Positions 19,612-29,073 of a stretch of DNA of 64,000 nucleotides are shown here, piece by piece; the first letter of the stretch is position 1; the number at the start of each line of letters is the position of its first letter. The notes under the pieces were generated by a model. That model was not told the origin of the DNA and ran no database searches. It worked only from the letters and a program-made list of their open reading frames with translations. The stretch comes from Thermoproteota archaeon (GTDB lineage: Archaea; Thermoproteota; EX4484-205; JAAOZP01). The translations under genes were made by a program, and so were the position numbers. The DNA lies in the NCBI GenBank assembly GCA_038850115.1, contig JAWCMB010000001.1, positions 8,536 through 72,535 on the forward strand, in the 5' to 3' direction.

Positions 19612-20640
19612 ATGTCATTTATAATAAAGAGGGAAGACATTCCGCATTTCTCCAGACACGTAATCTCCAAGGGATACACTCTTTTCGCACCGGTTAAAGG
19701 GGAGTTTAGACACTTCTTTAAGAAGATTGATGAGGATCAGGTTGAAGACGTTTCGCTTGATTTTGTTAGAACAACGATGCCCCCTTTAAAGAGCCTGCTC
19801 ATACCCCCTAGGGAAACTCTATTAAGGATTAAAGACGGGAAGATCGAGGAGACGCTTCCCGACGAAACCAGCAGGATTGTAATCCTAGGTGTTCACCCCT
19901 GCGACGTAAACGCGATGAACCTCCTGGAAAGAGTTTACATGGATCGTCCTAAAGACCCTTACTTCGAGGCAAAGAGAAGAAGCCTCCTCGTAATAGCTTT
20001 AAACTGTAAAAGCGCTGACGAGTACTGCTTCTGCACATCCTTCGGAACAGGACCCTCGCTCGAGGAAGGGTTTGACCTTCTCCTGACAGATCTTGGAGAA
20101 AGGTTCCTGCTGGAGACAGGTTCCAGGAGGGGCGCTGAACTGGCAAGCGACTTCTACATGCCTCGAGCTTCAAGCACGGATATTCTGGAGAAGGATGAGA
20201 CAATAAGAAGGGTTAAGAGTATGATAAGGAGGCATGTCAACACTGCTGGTCTCCAGAGGATAATGACAGGAGCACTCTATAACCCTATTTGGAACGAGCT
20301 TGCGGGCAAGTGCACGGGCTGCGGCGCCTGCAACATGGTTTGCCCCACGTGCTTCTGCTTCAACATGATGGATGAGCCGGAGCTTGATTCTGGTAGTGTG
20401 ACGAGAACCAGAACGTGGGACGGCTGCTTATTGTGGGAATACGCCGAAGTAGCGTTGGGTGGAAACTTCAGAAGAGACCTGACAGCAAGGATCAGACAGT
20501 TCGTAAACCATAAGATGAACTATTGGCTGAACCAGTATGGCTCGCTTGGGTGTGTTGGGTGCGGTAGATGCGTAGAGCAGTGTCCAGCAGGCATAGACAT
20601 AACTGGGGTTGTAGCGAGGCTAAGGGGTGAGGCACCATGA
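19612..20640 (+). CDS. hydB: Sulfhydrogenase beta subunit (HydB-like; Fe-S protein)
   Basis: C-terminal Cys clusters (CTGCGACNMVCPTCFCFN; CVGCGRCVEQCPAG). First gene of the beta-gamma-delta-alpha order known from Pyrococcus sulfhydrogenases. Confidence 0.75.
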   Translation: MSFIIKREDIPHFSRHVISKGYTLFAPVKGEFRHFFKKIDEDQVEDVSLDFVRTTMPPLKSLLIPPRETLLRIKDGKIEETLPDETSRIVILGVHPCDVNAMNLLERVYMDRPKDPYFEAKRRSLLVIALNCKSADEYCFCTSFGTGPSLEEGFDLLLTDLGERFLLETGSRRGAELASDFYMPRASSTDILEKDETIRRVKSMIRRHVNTAGLQRIMTGALYNPIWNELAGKCTGCGACNMVCPTCFCFNMMDEPELDSGSVTRTRTWDGCLLWEYAEVALGGNFRRDLTARIRQFVNHKMNYWLNQYGSLGCVGCGRCVEQCPAGIDITGVVARLRGEAP

Positions 20641-21476
20641 GTAGTGAGTTTGAAAACCCCTACCTACCTGCTTTCGCGAAGGTTGTGGACGTCAGGGATG
20701 AGAACACTATTACAAAGACCTTTACAATGAGCGTGCTGAACGGGGAGGCCCTAAGGTTTAGGCCAGGCCAGTTCGACATCGTCTCCTACTTCGGGGTTGG
20801 AGAATCAGCCTTCTCCATCTGTTCGAATCCTGAGGAGAGAAACGTGTTTGAAAACACTGTTAGGAGAGTTGGCAGAGTCACCACGGCGCTTTTCAACGTT
20901 AAGCCTGGGGATGTGCTCGGGATCAGGGGGCCATATGGAAAACCATGGCCGCTTGAGAAGGCTGCTGGGAACGACCTTATACTAATAGCGGGGGGCATGG
21001 GCCTAGCACCGTTGAGACCGGTGATACATTACGTAGCTAGGCACAGAGACCTCTATGGCTCCGTGGACTTACTTTATGGGGCCAGAACCCCGGATGACAT
21101 GATATACACCTACGAGTTTGACTCATGGAGAAACATTCCCAACATGCGTCTCTATCTTACTGTAGACTATGTTCCTCAAAACGTTAAATGGGAACACGAC
21201 GTTGGAGTCGTCACTGAACTGTTAAGGTATGTGAAGCCTCGGATGCGCTACACAACTGTCTTCATATGTGGGCCAGAAGTGATGATGAAGTTCACTGCTC
21301 AGCTGCTGCTTAGAATGGGTTTTTACCCGTTTGAGGTCTATCTTTCGCTGGAGAGGAGGATGAAGTGCGGGGTGGGGAAGTGTGGGCACTGTCAGATTGG
21401 CTACAAGTATGTTTGCAAGGATGGGCCCGTGTTCAACCTGGAGGAGATTGGGCTTCTCCCGGATGTGATTGAGTGA
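20637..21476 (+). CDS. hydG: Sulfhydrogenase gamma subunit (HydG-like; FAD/NAD(P)-binding oxidoreductase with C-terminal [2Fe-2S])
   Basis: PyrK/ferredoxin-reductase-like architecture (RPGQFD..., GGMGLAPLRP). C-terminal CGVGKCGHCQIG...C cluster motif. Confidence 0.8.
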   Translation: MSSEFENPYLPAFAKVVDVRDENTITKTFTMSVLNGEALRFRPGQFDIVSYFGVGESAFSICSNPEERNVFENTVRRVGRVTTALFNVKPGDVLGIRGPYGKPWPLEKAAGNDLILIAGGMGLAPLRPVIHYVARHRDLYGSVDLLYGARTPDDMIYTYEFDSWRNIPNMRLYLTVDYVPQNVKWEHDVGVVTELLRYVKPRMRYTTVFICGPEVMMKFTAQLLLRMGFYPFEVYLSLERRMKCGVGKCGHCQIGYKYVCKDGPVFNLEEIGLLPDVIE

Positions 21477-22236
21477 GGTGTTGAGAATGACGGATAAGAT
21501 TAAGGTTGGCGTCTTCAAGCTCACGTCCTGCTCAGGGTGCCAGATGGTTCTAGTCCATCTGGAGGAGAGCCTTCTGGAGGTTCTTAAGCATGTCGATCTC
21601 AAGTATTTCAGGATGGTGAGCGACGATGAGCTTCCAAGCGAGAATCTGGACGTTGCCATAGTTGAGGGAGCCGTTACAAACGATGATGAGGCTGCAATTT
21701 TGAAGAAGATCAGGAGGATGACTAAGTTCCTGGTTGCGGCAGGGGCCTGCGCAACCACCGGGGGTGTGAATGCTATAAAAAACATCACTCCCGAAGGAGA
21801 TGTTGAACAAATAGTCTACCCCTCGCCTGAACACGTGAAATCCGGTAAAGCATTCGGGTTGAACGAGTATGTCACAGTGGATTCATACCTATACGGGTGT
21901 CCGGTAGACAGGAACGAGCTGGTCAACGCGCTGATGTCGCTAGTGCTACGCGTCCCGCCGTATATACCTGGTTTAACAGTCTGCATGGAGTGCAAGATGA
22001 AGGGTAACGAGTGCGTTTTCCTTACGAGAAAAGAACCGTGTCTGGGACCTGTAACTGCAGGAGGCTGCGGCGCCCTATGCCCGTCGAACAACGTGGCATG
22101 CGAGGGCTGCCGGAGTGTTTTGAAGGGGACTAACGTGAACGGCTTAGTGTCAGCCTGGGAGAAAGCAGGAGTAAGCCCTGAGCTCATCCGGGTTAAGCTC
22201 AGGAAATATACCGTTTATCCGGTTCAGGGAAGGTGA
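21469..22236 (+). CDS. hydD: [NiFe]-hydrogenase small (delta) subunit
   Basis: N-terminal LTSCSGCQM plus distal Cys clusters (CMECKMKGNEC, GGCGALCPS, CEGC). Confidence 0.8.
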   Translation: MSEVLRMTDKIKVGVFKLTSCSGCQMVLVHLEESLLEVLKHVDLKYFRMVSDDELPSENLDVAIVEGAVTNDDEAAILKKIRRMTKFLVAAGACATTGGVNAIKNITPEGDVEQIVYPSPEHVKSGKAFGLNEYVTVDSYLYGCPVDRNELVNALMSLVLRVPPYIPGLTVCMECKMKGNECVFLTRKEPCLGPVTAGGCGALCPSNNVACEGCRSVLKGTNVNGLVSAWEKAGVSPELIRVKLRKYTVYPVQGR

Positions 22237-22242
22237 TGCAGC

Positions 22243-23529
22243 ATGACGGACAGAACCATAGTCTACGAGTATATTAGCAGGGTTGAGGGGCAGGGTTCCC
22301 TCGAGGTCACAGTCTCAGGCAACGAGGTTATAGACGCTAAGCTGAAAATATTTGAGGCACCAAGGTTCTTCGAAGCATTCCTTAGGGGCAGGAAGGCTAT
22401 CGAGCTTCCTGAATTAACCTCCAGAATATGCGGGATATGCCCAATAGCCCATGTCATAACCGCGGCTGAGGCTGTTGAGAACGCTCTAGAAGTCTCTTTA
22501 GACGAGAAGACTACGGCGTTAAGGAAGGCACTAGCACTCTCTGGAATAATGCAGAGCCACGCGCTCCACGTGTACTTCCTCGCAGCCCCCGACTTCCTCG
22601 GCTACCCGAGCGCGATAGCAGCCTCCAAGGATCTTGCAGACATTGTGTGCAGAGGCTTTAGGCTGAAAAGAGTTGCGAACATGGTCTCCGAATACATAGG
22701 TGGGAGGGCTGTGCACCCCGTAACTCTTACTGTGGGAGGCTTCACCAAGCCTCCTCCCGCCGAGGGGCTTGAGAAGGTTGTCAAGGCTCTTGACGACTCC
22801 CTTGAAGACGCTTTGGAAACCGTTAAGCTGGTTTCAGGCTTTAAATACCCAGAGTTTGAGCCCAGCCATGTTAACGTTGCGCTCTCAGAGGGGAACGGCT
22901 ACGCTATAACAGAGGGAGCTGCGAAAGCCAGCTCCGGAGAATACTTCGACGGCAGGCAGTACAGGAGGTACGTTTCTGAAGAGCAGGTTCCGCATTCAAA
23001 CACTAAAAGGTCTATTCTTAAGAATAACGGGTCCTTCGAGGTTGGGCCTGTTTCAAGGTTCAACCTCAACTATGACAAGCTGGCTGACAAGGCGAAGGAG
23101 GCTGCTGAAAAAGCTGGCCTCAAGCCGCCCGTGAAGAACCCGTTTAAGTCGACGATCGTCAGGGCTGTGGAGATAGTGCATGCGATAGAGGAGATGAGAA
23201 GCATACTGAGGGAAGGCGTAGACATCCCGCCTGCACGGAAGCCTAGGTTCCGCCAGAGCACTGGAGCAGCGTTAACGGAAGCACCCAGGGGACTATTGTA
23301 CCATTCTTATTCTCTCGACAGGGACGGAATTGTTTTGAATGCGGACATAGTTACTCCAACCGCTCAAAACTCATGGAGAATAGAGAGAGATGTTTTCGAA
23401 CTACTGCCGTCGGTAGCTCACCTAGACGATGAAGCGTTGAAAAGCCTTCTAGGCATGCTTGTAAGAGCATACGATCCCTGCATATCATGCTCGGTCCATG
23501 CCTTCACCATCAGGCTCACCAGGAAGTAG
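22243..23529 (+). CDS. hydA: [NiFe]-hydrogenase large (alpha) subunit, group 3b-like
   Basis: RVEGQG...RICGICPIAH at the N-terminus. C-terminal DPCISCSVHA. Confidence 0.85.
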   Translation: MTDRTIVYEYISRVEGQGSLEVTVSGNEVIDAKLKIFEAPRFFEAFLRGRKAIELPELTSRICGICPIAHVITAAEAVENALEVSLDEKTTALRKALALSGIMQSHALHVYFLAAPDFLGYPSAIAASKDLADIVCRGFRLKRVANMVSEYIGGRAVHPVTLTVGGFTKPPPAEGLEKVVKALDDSLEDALETVKLVSGFKYPEFEPSHVNVALSEGNGYAITEGAAKASSGEYFDGRQYRRYVSEEQVPHSNTKRSILKNNGSFEVGPVSRFNLNYDKLADKAKEAAEKAGLKPPVKNPFKSTIVRAVEIVHAIEEMRSILREGVDIPPARKPRFRQSTGAALTEAPRGLLYHSYSLDRDGIVLNADIVTPTAQNSWRIERDVFELLPSVAHLDDEALKSLLGMLVRAYDPCISCSVHAFTIRLTRK

Positions 23530-23558
23530 CCTAATAAAACGAGTTGACCATGTCAGCA

Positions 23559-24071
23559 CTATCTCAGAAGCCCGAAGCCGGCTGCAGCTTCAATTATGCA
23601 CTCAGCTACTCTACATGCAGCTTCAAGGCATTTCGTAGAAATAAACGAGCCCAGCTTAAAGTCCTCCCCTCCTATTCCAAGCACTCTTATGCTTGTATTA
23701 ACCGGCTTTCCGGAAGCCTCGATGAGTAGTGGAAGCGGTATTGCGTGAGTAGAAATCGGCGTGTGCGATTCCAGATCAGCAGGGTCTAGAAGCACAGGCT
23801 TCAGCCCTCCCGCATAAGCATCCACAATAAGCAGGTGGGAGGGTTTTCCCTCAAAAGCGTAATCAATACACTCTTCTATCGAAACCCCGCATTCAACTGC
23901 CTCAAACCTCTCGCCGTTGAAACGCTTCAGGGCCCTGGCTACAAGCAGCCCGGCAGCATCATCACCCCTAAGCTCGTTCCCAACCCCGAGAACAACGAGC
24001 TTCTCGGCTCCGGCCAGCCATTCCCTTAGGGCACGTTTAACAAGCTCGTGCTGTAAGCCCATGTCCTCCAT
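23559..24071 (-). CDS. Hydrogenase maturation endopeptidase (HycI/HoxW/HyaD family)
   Basis: LVVLGVGNELRGDDAAGLLV matches the GxGNxxxxDDGxG signature. 170 aa, next to the hydrogenase large subunit. Confidence 0.8.
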   Translation of the reverse strand: MEDMGLQHELVKRALREWLAGAEKLVVLGVGNELRGDDAAGLLVARALKRFNGERFEAVECGVSIEECIDYAFEGKPSHLLIVDAYAGGLKPVLLDPADLESHTPISTHAIPLPLLIEASGKPVNTSIRVLGIGGEDFKLGSFISTKCLEAACRVAECIIEAAAGFGLLR

Positions 24072-24151
24072 GAACAGGGTTTGAAAGCCGTTGGAGGCTT
24101 ATTAGTGTTCCGCGTAAAAGCTATATATTTTAGAAGTGTTTTTAAAACGGG

Positions 24152-24427
24152 TTGAGCGAGGAGAAGGTTTACGTGGGGAACGTGAGGCACTTCTTCCCAA
24201 GGATCAGCGTGGCCATAGTTGACCTCGTTGGGGAGCTTAAGACCGGTGACGAGATAATTATCCAGGGTAGGATAACTAACCTTAGGCAGAGGGTTGAATC
24301 AATGGAGATAGAGCATAAGAGGGTTGAGGTTGCTCCAGCAGGCAGTTCAATAGGCTTGAAGACCGTTGAAAGGGTTAGAGAGGGGGACAGCGTATACGTG
24401 ATTAAGACTTCAGTCCAAGCTCCCTAA
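24152..24427 (+). CDS. Small hypothetical protein (91 aa), possibly beta-barrel EF-Tu-domain-2-like; TTG start
   Basis: ORF only; weak resemblance to small translation-factor beta-barrel domains. 3' end overlaps the convergent epimerase gene by 26 nt. Confidence 0.35.
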   Translation: MSEEKVYVGNVRHFFPRISVAIVDLVGELKTGDEIIIQGRITNLRQRVESMEIEHKRVEVAPAGSSIGLKTVERVREGDSVYVIKTSVQAP

Positions 24428-25370
24428 GCCTTGCCTCAATACTCAGCTTAACAGCCTCCCTGCTTGTGTGCCTCGGCCTCCAGCCGGTTGCTTTAATCCT
24501 ACTTATATCTAGGTTCATGAGCTTAACATCCCCAATCCAGCCCCTGCCGTTATCAACGCCTCCGGTGAAAACCTTCTCAACGCTACTGAGTCCCATCGAC
24601 TCCACAACCATGTCAGCAATCTCAGAGACAGTCACCCAGTCCTCAGAACCAATGTTGTAAACCTCGTAGCCAGAGGCTTCGACACGCTTTGAAACGTGGA
24701 GAACAGCTTCAACACAGTCGCCAACCCAGATGTACGACTTCCTCTGCGAACCGTCTCCAAGGATTTCAAGCCTCCTAGGGTTCTGCAGAAGCTTATTGAT
24801 GAAGTCGTGTATCACCCCGTGCGTAAGCCTTGGGCCAACAACGTTCGCAAGCCTTAGGGAAAAACCTGCCATTCCAAACGTGTAACAGTAGGATGAAACA
24901 AGTCCCTCGGCTGCGAGCTTAGCAGCCCCGTATAGGGAGATGGGTTTCAGTGGACCGTAGTCCTCTGGCGTAGGGATCCTGGAAGCATCCCCGTAGACTG
25001 TGGAGGAGGATGCGAATACAAACATTCTCACGCCCATCTTCCTAGCGTATTCAAGCATGTTGAAAGTCGCTACAATGTTCTCCTGGAAATGGATGGAGGG
25101 GGATGTTTCCCTGACATCCGGGTTCGCGGCGAAGTGGAAAACATACTCTACACTGTTCTCCTCACTGGCGAGGTCAATAGTCTTAGCATCCCCCATTATG
25201 ATTCTTAACTTGCCTGTTTTAAAGGACCGCTCAATATTCTCAAACCCGCCTGTTGAAAAATTGTCTAGAACAGTAACGCTCCAGCCCTCCTCAACAAGCC
25301 TGTCAACAAGGTGGCTGCCGATGAAGCCCGCGCCACCAGTCACCAGGGCGGAAGGCATGTTGACATTCAC
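24402..25370 (-). CDS. NAD-dependent epimerase/dehydratase (UDP-glucose 4-epimerase-like SDR)
   Basis: VTGGAGFIGSHLVDRL Rossmann motif and catalytic YGAAK (YxxxK). Confidence 0.8.
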   Translation of the reverse strand: MNVNMPSALVTGGAGFIGSHLVDRLVEEGWSVTVLDNFSTGGFENIERSFKTGKLRIIMGDAKTIDLASEENSVEYVFHFAANPDVRETSPSIHFQENIVATFNMLEYARKMGVRMFVFASSSTVYGDASRIPTPEDYGPLKPISLYGAAKLAAEGLVSSYCYTFGMAGFSLRLANVVGPRLTHGVIHDFINKLLQNPRRLEILGDGSQRKSYIWVGDCVEAVLHVSKRVEASGYEVYNIGSEDWVTVSEIADMVVESMGLSSVEKVFTGGVDNGRGWIGDVKLMNLDISRIKATGWRPRHTSREAVKLSIEARLRELGLKS

Positions 25371-26611
25371 CCCAGAAAAACCGCTGAAACCCCTGGGCCC
25401 ACGCCCGTTGTGAAAACGCTCTGTGCACCGGCTCTCCGGAAAGCCTCCTCAACCCGGGGAGCATCATCCATATTCCTCACGAGAGCCAGCAGCGAGCCCC
25501 CCATGCCTGCGCCAGATATTTTAACCCCGAGAGCCCCCGCCTCTAGAGCAGAATCCCGCATTGCTTCAAGCTTCTCATGGCTAACCTCGTATAGATCCCT
25601 TAGCAGGGTGTGCTGCAGGTTCACTACCCCTCCAAGAGCGTAAAGCCAGTTTTCAACGGGTTTCAAACCCAGCTTCTCCAAATCGTGCCTACTAACCTTC
25701 CTGTACTTAAGGATTTGAAGTGCAACCTCTGTTGAGGCCTGCATCCTTAGAGTGAATAAGACTCTTGAGGCGAGCCTCGGCGGGATTACGCTCAGCAAGT
25801 CTTTTAAACGCTCCTCCTTAATCATTCTCCACTGGACACTGGCAAAATCTCCCTCAAGCATTTTCGACAACGAGCCTCGTGAAGCCTCCCTGAGCATTTT
25901 TATTGCATTGTTAAGCTCCGACTGCCTGACTGGGTGTATCTCAGCCGTGCTATGCCTGACACCCGAGTCAGCCACCGTGAAGAAGATTTCTTCACCGCTA
26001 AACTCCTCCACGCTTATGCTCGGCTTAAAATCAAGTTTTATTATGCCCCCAAACGAGGCAGCATACTGGTCTAGCCTCCCGCACGGTATCTCCATGACAT
26101 TGTGCTCAGCCTCGTAGGCAAGCTCAGCCAGCATCATCCTGTTTAAGTCTAGGCCCAGGATCTCCGAGTACATGGCTGCCAAGGAAACATGGAGCGCCGC
26201 GCTACTCGCCAAGCCTGAAGCAACAGGCACTTCACTGTCAACATAGATCGCTATACCATCCTCAACCATGCCGTACTTCTCTGAAACAAGCCTGTGGATT
26301 GAGCGGAAATAGTTTCCAAACCATCTCCCCTTTAAAAGCTCAGCCTTATCCGACTGGAAAAAATCCTTGTCCTCCACACCCTCTCTCTCAAGGGTCAACG
26401 ATTTAACACTGACGACCCCCGGCTTGTTCAGTCTAGAGCAAGCTATGAAGGTTCTTTTCTCAATCGCTACTGGAACAACCGGAAGCATCTTATAGTCTTG
26501 ATGCGTGTTAAGGAAGTCCGCCCGGCCAGGGGCTGAAGAGAAACATATTATATTCCCGTTCTCAGCCTTGGCCCGCTCGTAAACCCGTGTGCCCACCTGC
26601 CCGAGTTGCAT
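25367..26611 (-). CDS. galK: GHMP kinase, probably galactokinase
   Basis: PGRADFLNTHQDY resembles the GRxNLIGEHxDY galactokinase signature. GHMP ATP motif PVASGLASSAAL. C-terminal ISGAGMGGSLLALV. ATGA-coupled to the epimerase gene. Confidence 0.55.
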   Translation of the reverse strand: MQLGQVGTRVYERAKAENGNIICFSSAPGRADFLNTHQDYKMLPVVPVAIEKRTFIACSRLNKPGVVSVKSLTLEREGVEDKDFFQSDKAELLKGRWFGNYFRSIHRLVSEKYGMVEDGIAIYVDSEVPVASGLASSAALHVSLAAMYSEILGLDLNRMMLAELAYEAEHNVMEIPCGRLDQYAASFGGIIKLDFKPSISVEEFSGEEIFFTVADSGVRHSTAEIHPVRQSELNNAIKMLREASRGSLSKMLEGDFASVQWRMIKEERLKDLLSVIPPRLASRVLFTLRMQASTEVALQILKYRKVSRHDLEKLGLKPVENWLYALGGVVNLQHTLLRDLYEVSHEKLEAMRDSALEAGALGVKISGAGMGGSLLALVRNMDDAPRVEEAFRRAGAQSVFTTGVGPGVSAVFLG

Positions 26612-26744
26612 TAAGTTCGTTCCTGAAAAACCGCCTTAAAGCTTTATTTCCCCTGGGATGGATTTAGAACATGCTGTTTAAAGGCGTTCTTAATGGTTCT
26701 GCAGGTTACAATCCTTAAATCCGGAGGATTGTTTTAAAGCAGGA

Positions 26745-27899
26745 ATGAAAAGGGTCTGCGTAATACACTACTCTGAGATAGGTTTGAAGGGCCGTAACAG
26801 GCCTTTCTTCGAGAAGATGCTTGTTGAAAACGTTAAGCGCCTACTGAAAGATGTGGCAGAAGTCAAGGTTAAGAGGATTCAGGGTAGGCTAGTGCTCCCG
26901 TTAAACGGGGCAGATTTGCAGAGGATTGAGGAAAGCCTCATGAAGGTATTCGGAATATCCTGGTTCACGTTCGCAACCGTGGCCGAGCCAAGCATCGACT
27001 CAATAGGAAGAGTCGTCATTGAGGAGGCTTCACGGGCTGTTAAGGCAGGTGAACCTGTTAAGGTTGAGGTTAAGAGGGCTGACAAGAAGTTTCCAGCAAC
27101 CTCGCTTGAACTCAGCAGGACCCTGGGGAGAATGCTTATTGAGAAACTCGGGGTAAGCATTTCCCTCAAAAACCCTTCTAAGAAAATACATGTTGAGGTC
27201 TTAAGCAGGGAAGCCTATGTGTTCACGGAGAAAATAAGGGGGCCGGGGGGTCTTCCAGTGGGATCTTCAGGAAGGGTTCTCTCACTGCTTTCAGGAGGGA
27301 TAGATTCTCCAATCGCCTCCTACCTGATGATGAAAAGGGGATGCGAAGTCAGCTATCTGCATTTCCACCCTTTCCATGATAATGCTGAGGCGGAGAACTC
27401 TAAGATAATGGAGATAGTTAGGAGACTACTGCCCTACTCCGGCGAAACTACAGTGACTTTCGTGCCCTCGTACGAGTTTCAAATAGCAACAGTGAACATC
27501 CCCGTCAAGTATGACCTCGTCCTCTTCAGAAGGTTCATGTTCAGGGTTGCGGAGAGGATTGCCGAGGCTGAGGGCGCCAGGGCCCTAGTGACTGGTGAAA
27601 GCCTCGCTCAAGTAGCGTCTCAAACTCTTGAAAACATAGTTGCGATAAGCAGCGGCCTCAGAATACCCGTTTTCAGACCCCTCATAGCTTTTGACAAGGA
27701 GGAGATTGTAAACATGGCTAAGAAGATAGGCACGTATGAGCTTTCAATAAAGCCTTACAAGGATTGCTGCAGCATAATTGCCAAGCATCCTGAGACAAAG
27801 GCTAAGCTGGAAGCCGTAGAAAAGCTTGAGAAGCAGATCGACATTGACTCGATAGTCGGCAGGAGCATAGAGCTGTCCCATAAAGCAACCGTGAAATAA
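26745..27899 (+). CDS. thiI: tRNA 4-thiouridine sulfurtransferase ThiI (THUMP + PP-loop, no rhodanese domain)
   Basis: PP-loop SGGIDSPIASYLMMKRG; N-terminal ferredoxin-like/THUMP-like region; archaeal-size 384 aa. Confidence 0.75.
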   Translation: MKRVCVIHYSEIGLKGRNRPFFEKMLVENVKRLLKDVAEVKVKRIQGRLVLPLNGADLQRIEESLMKVFGISWFTFATVAEPSIDSIGRVVIEEASRAVKAGEPVKVEVKRADKKFPATSLELSRTLGRMLIEKLGVSISLKNPSKKIHVEVLSREAYVFTEKIRGPGGLPVGSSGRVLSLLSGGIDSPIASYLMMKRGCEVSYLHFHPFHDNAEAENSKIMEIVRRLLPYSGETTVTFVPSYEFQIATVNIPVKYDLVLFRRFMFRVAERIAEAEGARALVTGESLAQVASQTLENIVAISSGLRIPVFRPLIAFDKEEIVNMAKKIGTYELSIKPYKDCCSIIAKHPETKAKLEAVEKLEKQIDIDSIVGRSIELSHKATVK

Positions 27900-28069
27900 A
27901 CCGGGCAAGGAGACGCGTTAGAGCCAGAAACGCAAGCATGCCATCCTTGGAGGTCTCAGAAAAAGTTTCGACGCAAGCAATGCTCACTTAAAGAGAATCG
28001 GTAGTATTAATGCTCGTTTCCGTCTCAACCTGGATGGGGATGCCTGGTGAAAAATATTGGAAGCAGCGC

Positions 28070-29011
28070 CTAGCTGCCTAGGAGCTTCAGAACTATTCTC
28101 TCAGCCTCTTCAACAGCCCGAATGTAAGCTTCGCATGGGAATGAGCCTACCGCTATCTTCTCGTCCCCGCCACCCTTACCGTCGAAAACCTTGCAAACCG
28201 TCCTGACCAGTTCAGCCGCCTCAACCCTTTCATCACTGCTGCCGACCAAGATGTTGCATGTCCCAGACCATTCTATGCCAATGACATAGACGGAGCGGCT
28301 CCCACCTATAAGTTCGCCGACAGTCTTCATAACCGTCCTCACGTCAACGCCTTTCAACAGGCCCTTGTGAAACTCCACATTACCCAGAACAGTTTTCAAC
28401 GGGGCGTTGCCAACCAGCTGCTCAGTTGCTGCTGAAAGCCTCCTCCTCATATCCTCATTCTCCATCCTCATGTTCAGAACCGTCTTCTCAAGGTTTCTGA
28501 TAGGGGAGCCGAGTATCGAGGATATTGAGAGGCAGAGGGTGCTCAGCCTGACGGCAGTCTCCAGGGCTTTGTCTCCAACCTCGAAGTCAATCCGATACTC
28601 GCCGCCGCTTTTAGAAACATGCGTAACAAGGATCACTCCACATTCCCTAGTGTTCTCAACATGCTCCCCAGTGCACGCTGAATAGTCGAACCCGTCGATT
28701 TCAACGATTCTTACATGGCCCCGAATACGCTCCTCATGCGCCCTAAGGGTTGGGAAAGCCTTCCGAGCCTCTTCGAGAGAGTTGAAAAAATGCTCCCTAA
28801 CCTTCCTCCCTTCTGAGACCACCCGGTTCGCCATTACCTGGGCTTCAGCAAGCTCGTTGAAGCTCAGCGAGTCAACCTCAACGATGACTGAGCCCGAGCC
28901 CTCTGAAAGCTCCACCTTCCTAACTTTCAAGCCACCTTTGATTCTTTGTAAACATCCCATTAACACGTGTTCAGCAGTATGCTCCCTACTCAACAGGTTC
29001 CTGGATTTCAA
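28070..29011 (-). CDS. AlaX-like aminoacyl-tRNA editing protein (AlaRS editing-domain homologue with DHHA1-like C-terminus)
   Basis: Zinc motifs HTAEH (HxxxH) and CTGEHV (CxxxH) of the AlaRS second additional domain. C-terminal GGGGDEKIAVGSF (DHHA1 GGG motif). Confidence 0.6.
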   Translation of the reverse strand: MKSRNLLSREHTAEHVLMGCLQRIKGGLKVRKVELSEGSGSVIVEVDSLSFNELAEAQVMANRVVSEGRKVREHFFNSLEEARKAFPTLRAHEERIRGHVRIVEIDGFDYSACTGEHVENTRECGVILVTHVSKSGGEYRIDFEVGDKALETAVRLSTLCLSISSILGSPIRNLEKTVLNMRMENEDMRRRLSAATEQLVGNAPLKTVLGNVEFHKGLLKGVDVRTVMKTVGELIGGSRSVYVIGIEWSGTCNILVGSSDERVEAAELVRTVCKVFDGKGGGDEKIAVGSFPCEAYIRAVEEAERIVLKLLGS

Positions 29012-29073
29012 AAGGGTGTTATAAGCTTTAAGCTGGTTTAGGAGAACCCGTACTCTCCGAAAGCAGTTTAAGC

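Noticed and set aside
21222-21788. 188-aa minus-strand ORF
   Set aside because: Antisense to hydG / hydD, which carry clear Fe-S and FAD-domain motifs.
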